Part shown: in pieces, positions 25,651 to 32,000 of the stretch | Position numbering within the stretch: position 1 is the stretch's first letter | How the letters are laid out: every line of letters starts with the position of its first letter | The notes under the pieces: generated by a model | Seen by the model: the letters and a program-made list of their open reading frames with translations, nothing else | Databases searched by the model: none | What the model was told of the DNA's origin: nothing | Program-made: the position numbers and the translations under genes | Source of the DNA: Methanosphaera stadtmanae DSM 3091 | Lineage (GTDB): Archaea > Methanobacteriota > Methanobacteria > Methanobacteriales > Methanobacteriaceae | Length of the DNA stretch: 32,000 nucleotides | NCBI RefSeq assembly: GCF_000012545.1 | Contig: NC_007681.1 | Coordinates: 1,020,001 to 1,052,000 of the forward strand | Direction of reading: 5' to 3'

Positions 25651-27141
25651 TTAATTACTTTTTTGATCTTCTGTTATACGTTTCATGTATGTATTTACAC
25701 TAGTTGCTATTGCTGCAACTTTTTTACTTGGTAGGAATGTGGCTTTAAGTTCTGCAATTCTATCTTCATCTTCCTTAACAACCCTTTCAATGTCAGCTCT
25801 TAAATCAAGTTTGTTTTCTTCAATAAATCCAGTGTGTAAATTTGCATTTTTAAAGTTTTCATTAAGCATTAAAGCCTTATGGAATGGTATTGTTGTTGGA
25901 ACTCCCACAACTATATATTCATTCAATGCTCTTTTCATACGTGCAATAGCTTCATCCCTATTATTTCCATGTACTATGAGTTTTGCAATCATTGAATCAT
26001 ATATTGATGGAATAGTATAACCATTATACACACCACTATCCATTCTTACTCCAATTCCACCAGGAGAACGGTAACCTACAATACGTCCAGGATTAGGATT
26101 AAAGTCATGTAATGGATCTTCTGCATTTATACGACATTCAATAGCATGACCATTTACTTTAATATCATCTTGAGAATAATCTAATTTTTCACCAGATGCT
26201 ACTTTAATCTGTTGTTTAACTAGATCTACACCAGTAATAGCTTCTGTAATTGGATGTTCTACTTGTATTCTTGTATTCATTTCTAGGAAATAATATTCAC
26301 CATTAGAATACATGAATTCAACAGTACCTGCACTGTTATAATCAACACTTTTTGCTGCTTTAATAGCAGATTCTCCCATCCTTTGTCTTAATTCTTCAGT
26401 CATAATAGGTGATGGTGCTTCTTCTATTAATTTTTGATGTCTTCTTTGTATGGAACATTCCCTATCACATACATGTATAGTATTTCCATGATTATCTGCT
26501 AATACTTGGAATTCTATATGTCTTGGTTTTTCAATATATTTTTCTATATATACTGTTCCATCACCAAATGTTGCCTGTGCTAGATTTTGGGTGGATTCTA
26601 TTGCACGAGCTAGTTCATCTTCCTCATAAACTACTCTCATACCAATACCTCCACCTCCAGCTGATGATTTAATTATTACAGGAAAACCTATTTCTTTTGC
26701 TCTTTTTTTTGCTTCTTCAATATCAGTAATTCCTTCTTTATCTCCAGGTACTGTTGGAACTCCTATTTTTTCCATTAACTGTTTTGAAGTAATTTTATCT
26801 CCCATTGCTTGAATTGCATTTTCTCTTGGACCAATTAGTGTGATGTTGTTTTCATCACATTTATTTCCTAGTACTGGGTTTTCTGATAAGAATCCATAAC
26901 CTGGATGTATTGCATCAGCTCCTGTATCTAATGCAATGTCAATAATTTTATCAATGTCTAGGTATGATTGTGATAGTATGGATGAATTTAGTGGTACTGC
27001 TTCATCAGCATATTTTGTAAACAAACCAGTTTTATCAGCATCAGAATAGATTGCAACTGTATTCACATCTAATTCCCTACATGCTCTCATTACACGTATT
27101 GCTATTTCACCACGGTTTGCTATTAATACTTTGTCGAACAT
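25651..27141 (-). CDS. pycA: Pyruvate carboxylase subunit A (biotin carboxylase, ATP-grasp)
   Basis: 496-aa ORF. MFDKVLIANRGEIAIRVMRACRE, the glycine loop SSAGGGGIGMRVV and EMNTRIQVEHPITE are biotin-carboxylase signatures. In methanogens this stand-alone protein is the PYC A subunit. An AccC-type assignment cannot be excluded from sequence alone. Confidence 0.9.
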   Translation of the reverse strand: MFDKVLIANRGEIAIRVMRACRELDVNTVAIYSDADKTGLFTKYADEAVPLNSSILSQSYLDIDKIIDIALDTGADAIHPGYGFLSENPVLGNKCDENNITLIGPRENAIQAMGDKITSKQLMEKIGVPTVPGDKEGITDIEEAKKRAKEIGFPVIIKSSAGGGGIGMRVVYEEDELARAIESTQNLAQATFGDGTVYIEKYIEKPRHIEFQVLADNHGNTIHVCDRECSIQRRHQKLIEEAPSPIMTEELRQRMGESAIKAAKSVDYNSAGTVEFMYSNGEYYFLEMNTRIQVEHPITEAITGVDLVKQQIKVASGEKLDYSQDDIKVNGHAIECRINAEDPLHDFNPNPGRIVGYRSPGGIGVRMDSGVYNGYTIPSIYDSMIAKLIVHGNNRDEAIARMKRALNEYIVVGVPTTIPFHKALMLNENFKNANLHTGFIEENKLDLRADIERVVKEDEDRIAELKATFLPSKKVAAIATSVNTYMKRITEDQKSN

Positions 27142-27640
27142 TTTTATTAGTATCCCCTTTGATATGTTTCTTTAAAATGTAAATTATTCATAATCTTACA
27201 TTATATTATTTTCTATATATACTATCTATTTATTTATTAATATACACTTTACTAAATATAATGTATCTATTAAAAATTCAGTAATTTTTATTTTTAGATT
27301 TATTAAATCCTCTTTTTCAAATATCTAAATTTATATTAGTTATTCTATTTTTAATTTAATTTGCTTTTTTATGTTTTAGAAGTTTTTTAGAAGGTATTTT
27401 TTTCTATTTTATATATAAATATTTTATATCTAGTTTAAAATACTATATTTTAATGTTTTTTTTTAATATTGTATTTATAAAAAAAGTTTTTCTCTTTGTT
27501 TTATTATTTTAAATAATAGGATAATGAACAATCTATAATAACTACTTTTTATGTATATAATTATTAATGAATTTAATTATTTTTTTAGAAAAAAAAAGTT
27601 ACTGTTTATATAATTAAATTTACTTATTTTAGTGATTAAG

Positions 27641-28607
27641 ATGATAAGAAAAAAGATACTTAAAAATATTGAAAATGAATATATAACAGAATCAGATTTA
27701 TTAAAAAAATTAGATATTACCCATGAAAAATTAAAACACATCTCTAGATTTAAAAGAAGCAGGTTATTTAATTAAAATTGATGCTGAAAAAGGTTATAAA
27801 TTAGAAAGTATACCTGATATTCTTGAACCATTTGAAATTAGTAGAGGATTAGATACAAACTATATAGGTCACAGTATTCATTTATACAAAGAACTAGAAT
27901 CTACAAATACCACTGCTAAAAAATTCGTTGAACAAGATGCAAAAGAAGGAACTATAATCATAGCAGAAAGTCAAACAGCAGGAAGAACAAGAAAACATGA
28001 TGGATGGGTATCACCAGAAGGTGGTATTTACATGACCATGATACTAAGACCTGAAGTATCACTAAAAGAAGCTTCAAAACTCACAATAGTAACAGGTGTT
28101 GCAATAGCAAAAACCTTACATGATGTATTTGATATTGATGTAGGTATTAAATGGCCTAATGACTTACTAATTGGAAATAAAAAGATTTGTGGAATATTAA
28201 CAGAAGCTGTAACAGATTATGATGAAATCAAAGCAGTACTTGTAGGTATAGGAGTAGATGTTAACTTTGATGAAGATAAACTTCCAGATAAACTAAAAGA
28301 CGTTGCAACATCTGTTAAAGCAGAACTTGATACGGAATATAATAGGGCAGAAATAATAAAAGAATTCTTTAAAGTATTTGAAGAATTATATGAACAATAT
28401 AAAAAACATGACTTCAAATATATTGTATCTGAGTGGAGAAGATTATCTACAACAACAGGTAATCGTGTGAAAGTATACACTGGACGAAAAGTAATTTATG
28501 CTGATGCAGTGGGTATTACAAATGAGGGTGCATTGATTATTGAACATGAAGATGGAAAATTAGAAAAAGTAATTTCTGGAGAAATAGAAATAATAGATGA
28601 TGAATAA
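27641..28607 (+). pseudogene. birA: Biotin-[acetyl-CoA-carboxylase] ligase / BirA with N-terminal HTH, interrupted by an apparent +1 frameshift near 27743-27746
   Basis: The frame starting at ATG 27641 (GTGAT SD 4 nt upstream) gives MIRKKILKNIENEYITESDLLKKLDITHEKLKHIS and stops at 27773. The next frame is open from 27735 and gives SLDLKEAGYLIKIDAEKGYKLESIPDIL...AESQTAGRTRKHDGWVSPEGGIYMTMILRPE..., running into the track ORF 28032-28607. The joined product is about 322 aa, the length of class II BirA. The first ATG of the second frame (28032) lies after the GRxRxxxxW biotin-binding motif. Confidence 0.8.
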
Positions 28608-28630
28608 ATCATCATCCATATCCCCCACTA

Positions 28631-28694
28631 TTTTTGTTAATTAATTATATAATACAGATTCATTTTTGTTAATTAATTATATAATACAGATTCA
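28631..28694. repeat. Perfect 32-bp tandem duplication (TTTTTGTTAATTAATTATATAATACAGATTCA x2) spanning the 3' end of the PLP-enzyme gene
   Basis: 28631-28662 equals 28663-28694. The second copy contains the last 7 codons and the stop of the minus-strand gene 28673-29824. Each copy contains the palindrome TTAATTAA. Confidence 0.95.
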
Positions 28695-29824
28695 AAGTCA
28701 TTATTTTTACATACTTCAACTGTTTTATCAAATGTATCACAAACAGCACTGACTAATTCATCCATAGTTAATTTATCAGAATCCTTTGCAGCCCAATCAA
28801 AACGTACAGTTTTTGAAGCTCCCGGCATACCTACAGCAGGTATTGTGATAATATTATAATTATCAATTAAAAGCATAGAATATACTGTTGCTATAACATC
28901 TGCATCCATATCCACTTTAGCTCCACGTTTTTCAACTTCAGCCTTTATTTCTTCTTCCTTAAACATGAAACCTGTGGGAGTTGTTTGTGGATTTAATTGT
29001 TTATCTAATAATTTTTGATATAATTCATCTTTTTGTTTAAATGCTTCTTGAATTCTCTCTGGAGAATATTTTTCTAAACCCTTAATCATACCAACAATAA
29101 GTGGTGCTTGTGCTTCTAGTCCATACTGATTAACAACTAATTTTATTTTATCAATAATTTCAGTACTTCCAGCCATTAATCCACCACGTGGACCTTCCAT
29201 TAATTTATCAGTACTTGTAACTGATATGTCAGCACCTAAATCTATAGCTGTTGGTTGATTATATACTGCTCTTCTTATTCTTGCACCAGATGCATCATCC
29301 ACTGCTACAATAACATCTTTTTCTTTTGCCTGTTTAATAACTCTTTTAAAGTCTTCCACACTAATTACTTCTAAATCCATTGTAGTGCCTGTTATAAAAA
29401 CAAGTGATGTATTATCATCTATTTTAAATTCATCAAGATTAGTGTATTCTTCATAGTCTGCTCCAACAAGTTTAGCAGTACGTGGTATAGATGGATGTGC
29501 TGGTTTTTTTGCAAGGAAATGTACAATTTTTGTTCCAGGTTTTACAAGAGCTATAATCATTGCAACAATACCACTAGTTGTACGATTTACTGGTAATATT
29601 TTTTCTCCACCTAAATGTTTAATACCTAACTTTTGAACTTTCTGTTCATAAACAGCAGGTCCTGCATATGTTTCAAGTAATGATATGTCTTCTGGTGTTA
29701 TATCAAAACCACCAGCAAGACCAGTTAAATCTATTAAACTATCAATACCATCAGTTTCAATCTTATCTTTAATTATTTTAAGTCCTTTTTCTCTTCTTTT
29801 TACTTCATTTAATGTTATTGACAT
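28673..29824 (-). CDS. MJ0158-family (UPF0425, SelA-like) pyridoxal-phosphate-dependent protein of unknown function
   Basis: 383-aa ORF with a fold-type-I aminotransferase-like layout. DDASGAR and SVTSTDKLMEGPRGG resemble the SelA PLP-lysine segment SGDKLLGGPQ. Confidence 0.7.
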   Translation of the reverse strand: MSITLNEVKRREKGLKIIKDKIETDGIDSLIDLTGLAGGFDITPEDISLLETYAGPAVYEQKVQKLGIKHLGGEKILPVNRTTSGIVAMIIALVKPGTKIVHFLAKKPAHPSIPRTAKLVGADYEEYTNLDEFKIDDNTSLVFITGTTMDLEVISVEDFKRVIKQAKEKDVIVAVDDASGARIRRAVYNQPTAIDLGADISVTSTDKLMEGPRGGLMAGSTEIIDKIKLVVNQYGLEAQAPLIVGMIKGLEKYSPERIQEAFKQKDELYQKLLDKQLNPQTTPTGFMFKEEEIKAEVEKRGAKVDMDADVIATVYSMLLIDNYNIITIPAVGMPGASKTVRFDWAAKDSDKLTMDELVSAVCDTFDKTVEVCKNNDFESVLYN

Positions 29825-30017
29825 GATTTCACTTCATCTAAAATTAATACTAAAACAAAATAATTAGTATATATTATAATGTGTAATAGATACTATAAAA
29901 ATTGTAATAAAAAAAAAGTGTTTATAAAAATCATAGCCCCAAGATCTTTACAAAAATCATAGTAAAAATTTTAAAGAGATAGGATTTCTACAAAGCCATG
30001 TTTTATAAATACTACAG

Positions 30018-30061
30018 AAAAAAAGATATGATAAATGTAGAAAAATACTTAATCTACATTT
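30018..30061 (-). terminator. Hairpin plus T7 terminator candidate for the 106-aa ORF
   Basis: AAATGTAGA (30033-30041) pairs with TCTACATTT (30053-30061), giving a 9-bp stem and 11-nt loop that spans the stop codon. On the coding strand a T7 run follows (A7 at 30018-30024). Confidence 0.5.
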
Positions 30062-30369
30062 ACTGTAAATACATCACTAAATAATTCAATAATAAGTTCA
30101 AGTTGTTCATCAGTAAAGCTTATGATTGTAACATCATCATTTTCCTTAACAAAATATTCAGCATTTACAATAGATCCATCATCATTCATATAAATATATA
30201 TTCCATCATTTATACCATTTTCAGAACCATCTAATGTTATTACAAATTTTATTAACATATCTACTGATTTAACATTTTCAAAACCATAATCTGGATTTGT
30301 TCTTTTATCTTGAAGAGCATTATTTAGCTCAACCATTCTTCTTCCTAATCTATCAACGTTACTTTCCAT
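30049..30369 (-). CDS. Hypothetical small acidic protein (106 aa)
   Basis: ORF with its own terminator-like structure. No motif recognised, no signal peptide and no TM segment. Confidence 0.55.
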   Translation of the reverse strand: MESNVDRLGRRMVELNNALQDKRTNPDYGFENVKSVDMLIKFVITLDGSENGINDGIYIYMNDDGSIVNAEYFVKENDDVTIISFTDEQLELIIELFSDVFTVNVD

Positions 30370-30568
30370 ATAATTCCCCTTTTTTTTAATACTCGAAAAA
30401 CAACTATTTATTAGTTTCTTTCTTATACTACTTATTTATTATGATATATTCATATATTATGTTTAATATACTTTAATACTATATTCTAATTAATAAGTAT
30501 ATTATAAAAATCTATTGAAAATTATTATAATAAAATATAATATGCTCTAAGACTAAGGAGGTAGATAC

Positions 30569-32000
30569 TTGACTGATAAAAAATCCAAACTAGCCTCAGG
30601 TAGTATTATTATTCTACTTGGTTCCATAATTCTCAGATTAGGCGGATTTATTTATAGATTTATTTTAAGTAGACTTTTAACTACAACAGGATATGGTATA
30701 GTAGGATTAACATTACCATTTCAAAATATTTTTATTATAGGAGCATCAGGAGGAGTACCTCCAGCAATAGCAAAATATGTGTCAGAATATAAGGCAGTTG
30801 ATGATAAGAAGATGGTTCATCAAATCATTATAACTGGTTTGAAATTAATGATATTCATGGCACTACTAGCAGCAGTTATAATGTTTTTAATATCAGAACC
30901 TATAGCAATAGGAATATGGCACAAACCCGAAGCATTACTGCCATTACGATTAGTTGCACTAATAATACCATTTAGTATAATTGTAGGAGCACTAAGAGGA
31001 GTTTTCCAAGGATTTTATCAAATGACTTACATATTCTATAGTAAGTTTATTGAACAAATATTCACATTGATTTTTGCCATAATACTAGTACTTATTGGAT
31101 GGTATGCAGCAGGAGCAGTTCTTGGTACTGCAATAGGATTTTTAATGGCACTACTTGGATCATATTATCTTTTTAAAACTGATATGAAGAAAAACTATTT
31201 AAATGGAAACTATGAACCAATAACATTTAAGGAAGAACTTGGATTAATTCTTAAAATATTTAAATTCTCAATACCAGTTGTAATATCAGGTGTTGCAGAA
31301 ATATTTTTATATGATACTGGAACATTCTTCATTGGTATGTTTTTACCAACATTATTTGCAGGTTTCTATACAAATGCAAGTGCAATTGCAAGAATACCAC
31401 TTATAATATCAAATTCCATATCCACATCAGTACTTCCAGCAACTAGTGAAGCAAGTAGTCTAAAGAATAGGGAATTACTTAAATTATATATTCATCAATC
31501 ATACAGATACACAACACTAACAACACTACCAGTATCAGCATTCATAATGGTATTTGCAGCACCAATTATGTCAATACTATTTGGTAAAGAATATGTTCCT
31601 GGAGCTAGTGCTCTATGGATACTTGTTACTGGAATGTTTTTCTTCTCAATATATCTTATAGGAAGTAGTATGTGTCAAGGTCTTGGAAAACCACAAAAAC
31701 CAATGTATGCACTGATAATAGGAGCTATAGTGAATATGGTACTTAGCTTTATTTTAATACCACGTTATGGTATAGCTGGTGCAGCATTTGCAACAACAAT
31801 ATCAACATGTCTTCTTATGATAATAACAATGTATGATTTAACAAAGATTACTTCAATTCATGCACCATACTTAGACATGATAAAGATGTTTATTGCATCG
31901 TTTGTCATGATTGGTATGATGTATGTTGTACCACAAAATATTCTTGGTATGATAATTGGTGGAATAATTGGAAGTATATTGTACTTGGCCATAGTGGTCT
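30569..32000 (+). CDS. MOP-superfamily polysaccharide/oligosaccharide flippase (Wzx/MurJ-like 'polysaccharide biosynthesis protein'), 5' part; continues past the window end
   Basis: Manual translation from TTG 30569 (GGAGGT 8 nt upstream) is open to the window end. It reads LTDKKSKLASGSIIILLGSIILRLGGFIYRFILSRLLTTTGYGIVGLTLPFQNIFIIGASGGVPPAIAKYVSEY... followed by many hydrophobic helices and ARIPLIISNSISTSVLPATSEA, typical of Wzx/MurJ-type transporters. It is absent from the ORF track because it has no stop in the window. Confidence 0.8.
   Translation, partial: MTDKKSKLASGSIIILLGSIILRLGGFIYRFILSRLLTTTGYGIVGLTLPFQNIFIIGASGGVPPAIAKYVSEYKAVDDKKMVHQIIITGLKLMIFMALLAAVIMFLISEPIAIGIWHKPEALLPLRLVALIIPFSIIVGALRGVFQGFYQMTYIFYSKFIEQIFTLIFAIILVLIGWYAAGAVLGTAIGFLMALLGSYYLFKTDMKKNYLNGNYEPITFKEELGLILKIFKFSIPVVISGVAEIFLYDTGTFFIGMFLPTLFAGFYTNASAIARIPLIISNSISTSVLPATSEASSLKNRELLKLYIHQSYRYTTLTTLPVSAFIMVFAAPIMSILFGKEYVPGASALWILVTGMFFFSIYLIGSSMCQGLGKPQKPMYALIIGAIVNMVLSFILIPRYGIAGAAFATTISTCLLMIITMYDLTKITSIHAPYLDMIKMFIASFVMIGMMYVVPQNILGMIIGGIIGSILYLAIVV

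Noticed and set aside
28032-28607. Treating the track ORF (191 aa from ATG 28032) as the complete birA gene
   Set aside because: That start lies downstream of the biotin-binding GRxRxxxxW motif, and clear BirA homology continues about 290 nt upstream in the same frame. It then continues in the -1-offset frame back to ATG 27641.
25685-29867. ORFs 25685-26020 (+), 28217-28480 (-) and 29685-29867 (+)
   Set aside because: They are antisense to pycA, birA and the PLP-enzyme gene respectively, low complexity, and without motifs.

Overview
This is an AT-rich archaeal chromosome segment. Gene content and order fit Methanobacteriales, and the giant Asn/Thr-rich proteins fit Methanosphaera best; that assignment is inference, since no database search was possible. 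All genes from 1 to 27141 are on the minus strand. (1) 1-7174: a core ribosomal-protein operon with L24 (partial), L14, S17, RNase P protein Rpp29, aSUI1, L29, S3, L22, S19, L2, L23, L4, L3 and an upstream SPOUT/DUF171-type putative RNA methyltransferase. (2) 7781-25100: an accessory block of three tandem, same-strand, paralogous giant secreted proteins of 1965, 2037 and 1519 aa. They are Asn/Thr/Ile-rich, with parallel beta-helix/Pmp-like repeats and C-terminal Ig-like domains, the adhesin-like or Asn/Thr-rich large protein type. (3) 25651-32000: pycA (biotin carboxylase subunit of pyruvate carboxylase); a divergent birA carrying an apparent +1 frameshift; a convergent MJ0158-family (SelA-like) PLP enzyme; a 106-aa orphan; and the 5' part of a MOP/Wzx-type flippase. 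The most interesting signal is regulatory. Each giant gene is preceded by a homopolymeric G tract (G12, G9, G9; poly-C on the coding strand). Each tract sits exactly 18 nt from a conserved TATA-like box and upstream of a conserved AACTAAG-N6-CTTAGTT inverted repeat. The genes themselves are patchworks of near-identical and divergent blocks with internal in-frame tandem repeats. Together this resembles a slipped-strand, recombination-driven contingency (phase/antigenic variation) locus, which to my knowledge has not been characterised in Archaea. No rRNA, tRNA, CRISPR, transposase or integrase was found.
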